From: Candidatus Hermodarchaeota archaeon
GTDB lineage: Archaea > Asgardarchaeota > Hermodarchaeia > Hermodarchaeales > Hermodarchaeaceae
Length of the DNA stretch: 37,986 bases
Assembly: GCA_016839805.1 (NCBI GenBank)
Contig: JAEOTO010000002.1
Coordinates: 1-37,986 of the forward strand
Direction: 5' to 3'
The notes beneath the pieces were generated by a model. That model did no database searches, was not told the origin of the DNA, and was given only the letters and a program-made list of their open reading frames with translations. Numbering within the stretch: the first letter of the stretch is position 1; the number at the start of each line of letters is the position of its first letter. The translations under genes were made by a program, and so were the position numbers. Positions 18,295-27,368 of the stretch are shown here, piece by piece.

Positions 18295-19842
18295 TTATTT
18301 CCGTCTCCTTCGTAATCGTGGATTTACAACCTTATCAGCTGAATGGCTTATAAAAGCAAAACCAAGGGTTGTCACCAGAATTAATACGCCAGGTGGAATG
18401 AACCACCACCATGCACCACTTACCAGAGCGGCTCCTCTAGTGGCCCAATGTAAGACTATGCCCCAACTTGGTTCTCCGTGAATGTCTCCAAATCCAAGAA
18501 AGGTTATGCCGGCTTCAGCTAGGATTGCATTTACAACTCCCAATATTACATTGGCGAGAATTAGCGGAAGAGTGTTAGGAAGAATATGCTTAACTATGAT
18601 ATAGCTGTCTTTGGCTCCTATGGCATGGGCAGCTTCGGTTAATGGTCTTTCTCGTAATGATAAGGTTTCACTTCGAACCATTCGGGCTGTTCCAGTCCAA
18701 CCTAAAATTGCTATGACAATAATAACATTATGCAGGCCTTGACCAAAGAGTTGAAGAAAAATCAACATTAACGGCAACGTAGGCAGGGATAAAAAGACAT
18801 CTGTAACTCGCATGAGTACACTGTCAACTATTCCGCCAAAATAACCCGCTATGAGGCCTACTAATGTTCCTAGGGTAACTGCAATTACACTAGCAGTAAA
18901 ACCAACAATGAGTGATATCTGACTTCCATATATGACACGACTGAAGATATCCTCGCCACGTGCATTTGTACCTAATATGTGTAAGGGGCTTGGAGGTAGG
19001 TAGAGATCTTCAAGATTCAAGCTGCCTTGACTCCAATGATATGGAGCAATCCAGGGAGCAAATACGGCTAATATTATTATTGATCCAATAAGTATCAAGC
19101 CAAGTATTCCCATGAAATCACGACTATATTCAATCCAAAAGTTTTCAATTCGAATTCGGGCATTCCAGAATGAGCGCCAGATTCGTGGTAAAAGTGCGTA
19201 AATGGGAATAAAAATTACTAAACCTATCAAGCATATGGGTGCTAATCCATAAGGACGCAATAAATTAGAAAGTGAATTCGTTAGGATTGGTGGAAATAAG
19301 ATGCTCCCAATTATTCCACTTGACACGATAGACTCAACAATAATCCCGATCAGTAATGTTCCTAGTATCACGCCTCTATAGATAAGAAGTTTCTTTTTCG
19401 GCCAGTGAATGAAGGGCTTGGGTGTCCATAAAAAGATTAAGAAAATATAAATTAGACTAAAGGCGAGATTGATGCAAAATAATAGGATGAGACCGATACA
19501 AATCAATAGGAATTTCGTTAAAATCGAGCCAAACCGTCGATAATACACTGGGGCTCCAAGAAATCCGCCCCAAATTATCATAATTAGAAGAACAACGCCC
19601 AAAACACGAATAGATGTAACAACTATCAATGATAGGTAATAATCTAGTCCTGCAATGTTTACTATCCACATGCCAAATGAAGAAAAGAAGACATCCAGTA
19701 AAAGAGGTGTAGTCAAAACTAGAAGAAAAATTGTGCCAAAGAAGACTATACGAACATGTAGTGGTTTCGAAGAATCTTTATCAATTTCTGGAGTGGAGGG
19801 TATTCCTTGTTCCTGTTCTGTATTTTCTATTTTTCTATTCAT
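18295..19842 (-). CDS. dppC: Peptide ABC transporter permease (DppC/OppC) with a long N-terminal multi-TM extension
   Basis: C-terminal core has HILGTNARGEDIFSRVIYG, EAAHAIGA (EAA loop) and PSWG...WWWFIPPG; about 230 extra hydrophobic residues precede it. Confidence 0.88.
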   Translation of the reverse strand: MNRKIENTEQEQGIPSTPEIDKDSSKPLHVRIVFFGTIFLLVLTTPLLLDVFFSSFGMWIVNIAGLDYYLSLIVVTSIRVLGVVLLIMIIWGGFLGAPVYYRRFGSILTKFLLICIGLILLFCINLAFSLIYIFLIFLWTPKPFIHWPKKKLLIYRGVILGTLLIGIIVESIVSSGIIGSILFPPILTNSLSNLLRPYGLAPICLIGLVIFIPIYALLPRIWRSFWNARIRIENFWIEYSRDFMGILGLILIGSIIILAVFAPWIAPYHWSQGSLNLEDLYLPPSPLHILGTNARGEDIFSRVIYGSQISLIVGFTASVIAVTLGTLVGLIAGYFGGIVDSVLMRVTDVFLSLPTLPLMLIFLQLFGQGLHNVIIVIAILGWTGTARMVRSETLSLRERPLTEAAHAIGAKDSYIIVKHILPNTLPLILANVILGVVNAILAEAGITFLGFGDIHGEPSWGIVLHWATRGAALVSGAWWWFIPPGVLILVTTLGFAFISHSADKVVNPRLRRRRK

Positions 19843-19857
19843 TGAACCGAAATTCTC

Positions 19858-20850
19858 CTAGTATCTGATTCGTGGGTCCAAGTACAAGTAGAGGATATCC
19901 GCAACAAAGTTTGATAATACTGCGACTGTTGCGAGAAAGAGAAAAATCCCTTGTAGAACTGGCCAATCATTGGCTACAACTGAATTATACGTTAAAAGAC
20001 CAAGTCCACTCCAACTGAATACAGTTTCTGTAATTGTAGCTCCACTGATTAGAAATGGCATGTTTACTGCAATAACGCTAACCATTGGTAACATTGCATT
20101 ACGCATAGCGTGACCAAAAAGAATAGCTCGTTCCTTTAGACCTTTAGCTCGGGCTGCCAATATATAATCCTGAGTAAAAATATCCAAAACCGAATCACGC
20201 ATGATTAAATAGAATCCGCCAATAAAAGACAATGTAAGGACCACTAAAGGTCCAGTCATATGCCAAAGATAGTCAGCAACATAATGGAAAATATTAACAT
20301 GGACAATACCGCGCGTAATTGTGCCTGCCAAAGGAATAACACGCAAAATGAAACCAAAATAATAAAGGATCATTAATCCAAGCCAAAAAACAGGCATACT
20401 ATAAGCTACGAGAAAAACTGTAGTAGAACCAACATCAATTGCTCGGTCTCTACGAGATGCCGCAATGACACCCATAATGATTGCAACTATAAGTGCGATA
20501 AGAATGGATGTCCCCATTAAAATGACTGTGTTCCAAAACCTAAAAGCGAAGATGGTTTCAATGACTGGCTGGCCATAATGTGAGAAGGATTCTCCTAAAT
20601 CACCTCGGAAGAGATTGACGATGTAAAGGACAAATTGAGTAGCGATTGGTTGATCAAGACCAAATCTGATCGCAATTGCTTGAATAACTTCTGGTGGCAT
20701 GTGTTCAGCAATGAGTGTACCCCTTGGATCACCAGGCATAATGCGGAAAATAAAGAAGTTTAAAGTAATTATGCCAAACCAGACCACAATGGTTTGTGCG
20801 ACACGTGTAGCAATGTATTGTCTAGTTCCAACCGCTTTTTTTTCAGACAT
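19858..20850 (-). CDS. dppB: Peptide ABC transporter permease (DppB/OppB)
   Basis: Motifs MPGDP, FGLDQP, GDLGES, DYILAARAKGL, ETVFSWSGLG, LDPRIRY. Confidence 0.93.
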   Translation of the reverse strand: MSEKKAVGTRQYIATRVAQTIVVWFGIITLNFFIFRIMPGDPRGTLIAEHMPPEVIQAIAIRFGLDQPIATQFVLYIVNLFRGDLGESFSHYGQPVIETIFAFRFWNTVILMGTSILIALIVAIIMGVIAASRRDRAIDVGSTTVFLVAYSMPVFWLGLMILYYFGFILRVIPLAGTITRGIVHVNIFHYVADYLWHMTGPLVVLTLSFIGGFYLIMRDSVLDIFTQDYILAARAKGLKERAILFGHAMRNAMLPMVSVIAVNMPFLISGATITETVFSWSGLGLLTYNSVVANDWPVLQGIFLFLATVAVLSNFVADILYLYLDPRIRY

Positions 20851-20940
20851 TTACGACCATCTTTTATTGAATAGAGATTAATTTGGTGTTTATTGAAAAC
20901 TTCTCTAATAAATGATATTCGGTTATGGTCACAGTATTTG

Positions 20941-20985
20941 AAAAAAAGATGTGGGGAAGGGATGAATTAATTATCCCTTCCGCAT
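20941..20985 (-). terminator. Hairpin overlapping the dppA stop, followed by a U7 tract
   Basis: Inverted repeat GGAAGGGAT (20955-20963) / ATCCCTTCC (20973-20981), then A7 on the plus strand (20941-20947). Consistent with attenuation between the binding-protein and permease genes. Confidence 0.65.
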
Positions 20986-22752
20986 TCGGAATATCAAGTA
21001 GGTAATAACGATTCCGATGACTAGTGCAACAGCACCTACAATCCCAATTAGGATTAGATTTGGTGGCGGTGGTGGAAGCACAACGCCTGGATATTCCCGA
21101 ACGCCATCGCCATCGACGTCAAGGTAGCCTGCCGCATCAAGGATGTTATTTCCTATGGTTGCATTATGTTCCCAGAAATCGCCATCAGGATGGTAAAGGC
21201 TGGCGTAAAATGTTTCTGGAATGATACTATGTGTTTCCCGGCCATGACCGAGTCGACCGATATTAACTAGTTGTGCTCGATCAATAGCATGACTCATAGC
21301 TTTTCGCACTTGGAAATCTGAGATACCTAGTCCAGGGAAGCCAGGTTCTGTCACGTTGAGGTGGAATCCCAAAACATAATCCCATTGGGATGCTAAGCCA
21401 GTGACAAGAGTTAGTTCTGGAGCATTCAGCACTACGTTTACGTAAGCACCGAAAACCTCGTAGCGTTCAGAGTCCGCATCACCTGCACGCATAGCAAGGA
21501 TACGGGCATCCTGTCCAATTACAACGTCAATTCGGAACTGCAAAATGTTCGGTAGTTGTCCTACATAGGGGTTTGATGGGCCCCACCAGTTATTGAACCT
21601 GTCTACCAGTGTAAATTCATCTGGATCTCTGGAATTGAACTCATAGGGTCCTGAACCAGTATGAGCAGTGGCATTATCTGGATCATCCCATCGGGCGTCA
21701 TTCTGTGGTGCGTCATCACGAACATGTTCGGGTAACACGTACATCTGGGTACCAAAAATGTGAGGCGCAAAAGCCATTGTCTGGTCCATATTAATGGTTA
21801 TTACTTGACCATCGACTGATGTGCTAGTGATATGTTGAAAGGTGGGCCAATCGTTGACATCTGAAGGGCCATTCTTGTAATAATTGATAGAAAATTCAAC
21901 ATCCTCTGGTCTTACTGGGAGTCCATCGTGCCACTGAGCACCTGTCCTTAGGGTGTAGTTGATTTGTGTTCCATCGGCACTTACTGCATAATCTTCAGCG
22001 AGCCACGGGATAAGATTGCTTTCATTGTCAAAGCTGAGGAGAGTGTCATAGACAAGCATATTGTACCAGTGGGAGCGTTCGCTTCGCCAGAACAAGGGAT
22101 TCATTTCTCCAATATCTGAGCTATAGGCCATCACAAACAAGGAGTTGTCAACGGATGATGTCATGAAGACTACCGTTTGAGGATTAAATGTGGTAAAGAT
22201 TCCTCCGGGTTTAACAGTGTAGTTGGTCCATTCGCTACGAATGGCATGGGTGTCATCGGAAAGATAGAGGGGTATATAGGGAATATTGTGTTTTGCTGCG
22301 ACTTGGACAAGTCGGGCTGCCTCTGCAAGTTCGGCTGGGGTGGCAGACAAGTAGTCCTCAATAAGAGTGTCTACGGTAGCATTATCCAATACGTAGGGGT
22401 TTCCTCCATAATAGACTATGTTATCAGAGTGCATTCGATCGTAGGGATGATCGGGGAATGGGGAGTAACCATGGCTCATTTCATAGAGAATGAATGCTTG
22501 ATCAGGGTTGATGCCCTCATACATGGGGTCATCGTCCATGATTACGACGGCAAGCTCAATACCGATTTGTGCCATTTGTAGTTTTAGACCAGTTCCAGTA
22601 TCAACGGAGATATCATCCCAAGAGAGAACCCATAACGGGAAGGACAATTCAGGGAGTGCATCATATACTTGTGCAGCTGCAGGTACACCAGAAACACTCA
22701 GAAAAACGAAAAGCGCAAGAAACGTTAGACCTAATAATTTTTTATTTGCCAA
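20971..22752 (-). CDS. Family-5 (DppA/OppA-like) solute-binding protein, circularly permuted, with C-terminal TM anchor
   Basis: Signal peptide; VYDTLL...IPWLAEDYAVSADG...WHDG...EDVEFS; GSGPY; VRKAMSHAIDR; LDAAGYLDVDGDGVRE; PPPPP linker, TM helix and RMRKG tail. Confidence 0.9.
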   Translation of the reverse strand: MANKKLLGLTFLALFVFLSVSGVPAAAQVYDALPELSFPLWVLSWDDISVDTGTGLKLQMAQIGIELAVVIMDDDPMYEGINPDQAFILYEMSHGYSPFPDHPYDRMHSDNIVYYGGNPYVLDNATVDTLIEDYLSATPAELAEAARLVQVAAKHNIPYIPLYLSDDTHAIRSEWTNYTVKPGGIFTTFNPQTVVFMTSSVDNSLFVMAYSSDIGEMNPLFWRSERSHWYNMLVYDTLLSFDNESNLIPWLAEDYAVSADGTQINYTLRTGAQWHDGLPVRPEDVEFSINYYKNGPSDVNDWPTFQHITSTSVDGQVITINMDQTMAFAPHIFGTQMYVLPEHVRDDAPQNDARWDDPDNATAHTGSGPYEFNSRDPDEFTLVDRFNNWWGPSNPYVGQLPNILQFRIDVVIGQDARILAMRAGDADSERYEVFGAYVNVVLNAPELTLVTGLASQWDYVLGFHLNVTEPGFPGLGISDFQVRKAMSHAIDRAQLVNIGRLGHGRETHSIIPETFYASLYHPDGDFWEHNATIGNNILDAAGYLDVDGDGVREYPGVVLPPPPPNLILIGIVGAVALVIGIVITYLIFRMRKG

Positions 22753-22832
22753 TTTTTTAGTTCCTCCAAATTGAGAGATAAGTTCAACCTCTCAATACCG
22801 CTAAAATGGACTCTTCTTACCTAAAAGAGTTA

Positions 22833-23642
22833 TTAATCGGGTTTATCTAGTGAATTCAAAGTATTTCTAAGCCGTTTTTGACATTCAGAATTCAATGAAT
22901 ATATGCGTGTTAGTGCATGACCATTTTTTTGCGCATTTTCTAAGGTTTTGACTCCCGCAGTCTCTAAGAAGACATACCGCGTTAAACCTGTTTCGATGTG
23001 TGAATATTCAGCGGTAATAGTTCTAACTCCAATTCGCTCTTCCTGGACGCTCTGTTGAATCACATAACCTTCTGGACAATTTGTTACTACCGTTGATGCG
23101 GTGAGAAAACTCTGTAGACCTTTTTTTTCTTCTATTAATTCACGCTCTTCGCGACGTTGGGCTGGCGTTCGTGGGATGAATGCTCCAAACGCTGTATGAA
23201 TTCCGGATTGAATGTGCCTTAGGGAAGGATTGATGGCAGATAGGGTGAGTTGTGCCATATACCTTTTTTCGGTAAATTTGTGAATAGTATTTTGTAGTGT
23301 AGATTCATCGGTCAAAAAAATTCGGGAAAATTGCTCGGGTTCACTAAGAGAGGATGTCGGTAAGCTGGCATAATGTGGGCGCCACAAGAGTAATAGTTCA
23401 TTCGGATCTGTGACACAACCAGCGAGTTGTTCATCCAACAAAGAATAGCATGGTTCGACTCTTTTCCCATTTTCTTTGATGCTTTCCCACCGAACGCGCC
23501 GAAATACCCGCCAGACTGGGGGATATACTGTGAGCGATTCTATCAAACGTCGTCGAAGAAGACCTCGAGACTGAATTCGTTTCTTTAGAAATTTATGAAT
23601 TTGATCAGTTGAAAACTCAGCTCCAAGAATAACTTCAACCAT
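22833..23642 (-). CDS. Hypothetical protein
   Basis: 269-aa ORF with ATG start and no competing long ORF; no family recognised. Confidence 0.75.
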   Translation of the reverse strand: MVEVILGAEFSTDQIHKFLKKRIQSRGLLRRRLIESLTVYPPVWRVFRRVRWESIKENGKRVEPCYSLLDEQLAGCVTDPNELLLLWRPHYASLPTSSLSEPEQFSRIFLTDESTLQNTIHKFTEKRYMAQLTLSAINPSLRHIQSGIHTAFGAFIPRTPAQRREERELIEEKKGLQSFLTASTVVTNCPEGYVIQQSVQEERIGVRTITAEYSHIETGLTRYVFLETAGVKTLENAQKNGHALTRIYSLNSECQKRLRNTLNSLDKPD

Positions 23643-23804
23643 GAACCAACACCATTACTTTTTCTTGCTGGCATCTTATTGTGAGGATATTCAAACCAGC
23701 ATTGCTGAATCAACACGTAAGAATCCTATGGTTCGTCTTCAGAAAGTTACAGGGTTAAACTAAAACCAACTCCTTTTAGGTTATTCACTGGTTAGGATGT
23801 TAGT

Positions 23805-24851
23805 ATGAAACCATTTCAGGAACTCAACTACCGTGGTAAGGTTCGAAGACTGAGGAAACAGGCACAAGCGGCACTTGAACCGTATGGATTATCACAAGCC
23901 AGTATGAAGTTCCTTAGCTATTCCGGAAATACGCATTACCAAGTAGATACGTCAAAGTGTGCTCCACCTGAATTGGATGACGGAAGGTATTGGGAGAATC
24001 ACTACATCCTTCGCTTGCACCAGCCCAGGTATCAGACATTGGATGCCATTCGGTCTGAATTGCTTTGGCTTAAGGCGCTTTTACAGGACACGGATCTTGT
24101 CGTACCCGAACCTATGCGAAATGCTGAAGGTGAACTTGTGACCATTACAGATGTATCGGGATTACCTAAACCCCAATATGCAACTTTCCTTCGTTGGGTA
24201 AAAGGTCGAAAAACTCCTAAACAACTATGTGAAGACCACTACAAAGCCTTGGGTCGAGTGGCAGCTCAGCTCCATAATCATTCGACTCACTGGCGACCCC
24301 CAAAAGGGTTCACCCGCATACACTATGATTGGGAGGGGTTATTCAGTGATGCTGGACTATTCGAAATCCCAGCCGCAGAAATTTGGGCATCAATACCCAA
24401 ACGCTATCAGGATCCTTTCGTAAAGGTCATAGATCATGTGCGGGATGTCATGGATAAACTAGGTAAAACTTCAGATGTGTATGGTTTGATTCATGCAGAT
24501 TTATGCTTAGATGTCAATATGCTTTGGTATCGAGGCGAGATTCGTCCTATTGACTTCGACGACTCCGCCTACGGTTACTGGATTTACGACCTGGCGATTT
24601 CATTGGCTGAAGTGCAAGACGATGAGATACGGCATCGTTTCCAAAACGCCCTATTAGATGGTTATTCTGAGATTCGGTCTATGCCACCTTCGCAATGGAA
24701 ACATCTGGACCTCTTCATCGGCGCTTGGCATGCGACTGCAATGTTATATGCGATTAACGCCTGGTTAGCACAACCCAGGTTTCGTGAATGGTCTACGCGT
24801 TGGCGGGATCAAGAGGGAGAATATCTAATCCAGACACTAGCCAGATTGTGA
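23805..24851 (+). CDS. APH/choline kinase-like phosphotransferase (type II homoserine kinase/AmiN-like clade)
   Basis: Motifs YILRLH, SELLWL, LGRVAAQLH, catalytic GLIHADL...N and PIDFDDSAYGYWIYDLA. Confidence 0.9.
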   Translation: MKPFQELNYRGKVRRLRKQAQAALEPYGLSQASMKFLSYSGNTHYQVDTSKCAPPELDDGRYWENHYILRLHQPRYQTLDAIRSELLWLKALLQDTDLVVPEPMRNAEGELVTITDVSGLPKPQYATFLRWVKGRKTPKQLCEDHYKALGRVAAQLHNHSTHWRPPKGFTRIHYDWEGLFSDAGLFEIPAAEIWASIPKRYQDPFVKVIDHVRDVMDKLGKTSDVYGLIHADLCLDVNMLWYRGEIRPIDFDDSAYGYWIYDLAISLAEVQDDEIRHRFQNALLDGYSEIRSMPPSQWKHLDLFIGAWHATAMLYAINAWLAQPRFREWSTRWRDQEGEYLIQTLARL

Positions 24852-24861
24852 GTGTGATACC

Positions 24862-25788
24862 TTGTTATTAGAAAAATCTGAAATCACCAAGTTCTACGAG
24901 ACTGTAGAAAAGAAATTTACCAAATGGGCCAGAACCCAACACCATATTCGCGTTGCTATCGTAGTTGGATCACGGGCGAGAATGGATGCTCCAGCTGACG
25001 AATGGTCTGACCTAGACATAGTAATCTTTTCGACTGAACCAAAAACGCTTATTGAATTAGCTGAATGGGTGGGCGAGTTTGGGAATCCAGTTATCACCTT
25101 TATTGAACCGACAGCGGCGGGATCGGGTGAGAGCTATGAACGCCGGGTTCTTTATGACAACGGATTAGATGTAGATTTTGCGGTGGATCCATTCACCTAT
25201 GTGCTTAACGCTCAAAAACGCGGTGTTACCCCCGAATTGGTTAAGGAAACTTATGATGTCTTAGGTCGTGGCATCCGTGTATTAGTTGATAAAGACAATA
25301 TCATGGATGATTTTCTCAAAGAGTATAAGGCAATCAAGCCTCCACTCCCAAAACCCCCTACAGAGCATGAGTATCTTGAAAGGGTAAATGATTTCTGGTA
25401 TCATACGGTGTGGACTGCAAAGAAGCTTCGGCGGGGTGAGTTGTGGGAGGCAAAATCTTGTCTTGACTCTTTTATGAAAGGACGATGCTTTCTACCCCTC
25501 ATCGAATGGCACTCCCGCATCAGCCATGGATATAATTACGATACGTGGTTTCGAGGGCGCTTCATGGAAAGATGGGCAGATCCCCGTATCATTGCTGAAC
25601 TGCGAAGTTCGTTCGCTCACTACGATGAAGATGATGTCTGGCAAGCATTAGCAAATAGTATGCAGCTCTTTCGGTGGATAGCCAAAGAAGTAGCAAAAAA
25701 ACTTGGTTATACTTACCCAAAAGTAGCTGATCAATTTGCGAGTCGATGGGTGGACGCAGCTTACTGGGACCGGGGATCCAATGATTAA
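24862..25788 (+). CDS. Aminoglycoside 6-adenylyltransferase (AadK/ANT(6))-like nucleotidyltransferase
   Basis: Pol-beta NTase motif VVGSRAR...DEWSDLDIV; LYDNGLDVDF, VLVDKD, NDFWY...AKKLRRGELW, GRFMERW; starts 10 nt after the kinase. Confidence 0.88.
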   Translation: MLLEKSEITKFYETVEKKFTKWARTQHHIRVAIVVGSRARMDAPADEWSDLDIVIFSTEPKTLIELAEWVGEFGNPVITFIEPTAAGSGESYERRVLYDNGLDVDFAVDPFTYVLNAQKRGVTPELVKETYDVLGRGIRVLVDKDNIMDDFLKEYKAIKPPLPKPPTEHEYLERVNDFWYHTVWTAKKLRRGELWEAKSCLDSFMKGRCFLPLIEWHSRISHGYNYDTWFRGRFMERWADPRIIAELRSSFAHYDEDDVWQALANSMQLFRWIAKEVAKKLGYTYPKVADQFASRWVDAAYWDRGSND

Positions 25789-25800
25789 TGCTTCGTTACT

Positions 25801-25831
25801 CCCCCCTCCCCCTGTGTGACCCCCACCCCCC
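25801..25831 (-). other. G-quadruplex-forming motif between convergent genes
   Basis: Minus strand reads G6-T-G5-TCACACA-G5-A-G6, starting 3 nt after the M20 stop codon. Confidence 0.75.
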
Positions 25832-25834
25832 GGG

Positions 25835-27271
25835 TTATGGGGGGTTGATGTGGCTGATGCGGGTGAGCATGTCGATGTAGGATTTTTCCATGGTGGCGAG
25901 TCCGCCGGTGGGTCCGCCTTCGTCGATGACGATGTATTCGTTGGGGGAATGGGCGCGGGCGCCATGGCCTAGGCCTGCGGCGACGAAGGGGAGGTTGAAG
26001 GGTGGTTGGGCGAAGAGGGAGAAGGGGGCACTGCCTGCCAGGGTGGGCCACGTTTCGATAGGATAGCTAAATTCTTGGTAGGATTCAATGATTGCTTGGG
26101 CGAGTGGGTGGTTGACGCTGAGTTTGGCCCATCCGTATCCGCTTTCCATGGATCGGATTTTCACTTCGGAAAAGCCGTGTTTATCGAGATGGCGGCGAAC
26201 CATTGGGAGGATGTCTTCGATTTTCATGTTAGGGACTAACCGGACATCGACTTTGGCGGTGGCTTTCCAGGGTAAGACGGTTTTGGTGCCTGCTTCGATG
26301 TATCCGGACCAGATACCGTCAATATTTAGCTGCGGGTCAAAGAGGTACTTGGTTAAGGCTTCGCGTCCATGGACATCGTCCATGAGGCGCTCAATTTTTA
26401 GAAGTTCCTTGAATGATTTTTCATCGAAGGTTTCAGCCAGTTTGTCAAGTGCTTCCTTATCTTCATCTGAAATGGGAGCAACAGCATCATAGAAGTCGTC
26501 GATTAAAACGCGGTTCCCATCCGGGGTTGTCATCGAGGCTAGGGCTTGGACGAGTCGCCAAGTGGGGCTGTCCATGACACATTTCATACTTCCATGAATA
26601 TCAAATTCTGTAGGACCATACCCCCAGGATTTTCCATCCACTTCTAACTCGAAATAGATAATTCCCTTTACACCTAAGAAATTCTGGACTTTACCGGTCT
26701 GGTCTTGAGACATGAAGGGAAAAAAGACATAATCAGCAGTTTTAACTAGTTTCTCTTCTTTTTTCAGAAATTCTGGAAGGTTACGGCTACCCAATTCTTC
26801 TTCGCCCTCTGCGACGAAGATAAGGTTCAGGGGCAATTCTTCTCCCGCATTTTGAATTGCTCGACATGCATTGATGAATCCAACCATCGGTCCCTTACTA
26901 TTGTAAGCTCCACGGGCCATGAGTACCCGACCAAATGGCTTCAAATCAACTAACCTGGCTTCTAGAGGAGGCACTGTCCAACCAGGGTCATCGATGGGCT
27001 GGGTATCATACATAAAATATGCTAGAACAGTCTTGTCTGCTCCAGCATCTAACTCCCCTACAACCACGGGATTCCCAGCGGTTTCAACGAGTTTTGCTCG
27101 TTTGCATCCTAATTCCTTGAAATATTTTTGAACCAGTTTTGCACAGTCTCGAACACCGACATCCTGTGGTGAAATCGACGGCTGTCGCACAAGCTCTTGA
27201 ACCTTTGCAATGTGTTCATCAATGTGCTTGTCAATATGAGAAAAAACGGATTTCACATTCACGAGGTACAC
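25835..27271 (-). CDS. M20 family peptidase-like protein with non-canonical metal site
   Basis: Motifs YFMYDTQP, ARGAYNSKG, EGEEELGS, KTVLPWKATAKVDVRLVP, AHSPNE. Confidence 0.9.
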   Translation of the reverse strand: MYLVNVKSVFSHIDKHIDEHIAKVQELVRQPSISPQDVGVRDCAKLVQKYFKELGCKRAKLVETAGNPVVVGELDAGADKTVLAYFMYDTQPIDDPGWTVPPLEARLVDLKPFGRVLMARGAYNSKGPMVGFINACRAIQNAGEELPLNLIFVAEGEEELGSRNLPEFLKKEEKLVKTADYVFFPFMSQDQTGKVQNFLGVKGIIYFELEVDGKSWGYGPTEFDIHGSMKCVMDSPTWRLVQALASMTTPDGNRVLIDDFYDAVAPISDEDKEALDKLAETFDEKSFKELLKIERLMDDVHGREALTKYLFDPQLNIDGIWSGYIEAGTKTVLPWKATAKVDVRLVPNMKIEDILPMVRRHLDKHGFSEVKIRSMESGYGWAKLSVNHPLAQAIIESYQEFSYPIETWPTLAGSAPFSLFAQPPFNLPFVAAGLGHGARAHSPNEYIVIDEGGPTGGLATMEKSYIDMLTRISHINPP

Positions 27272-27368
27272 CCTCAGTTAAAGCAAGTAGTGGCTAAGTA
27301 TTTATCCCATAAGATAAATGCCTTTACGCTCCCAAGAAAAATCGATAATTCAGTTAGTCCCTTTCAAA

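Noticed and set aside
25648-26239. Pro/Arg/Gly-rich short ORFs (25648..25965, 25785..26051, 26006..26239)
   Set aside because: They are by-products of the C-rich codon bias at the end of the M20 gene and overlap real genes.
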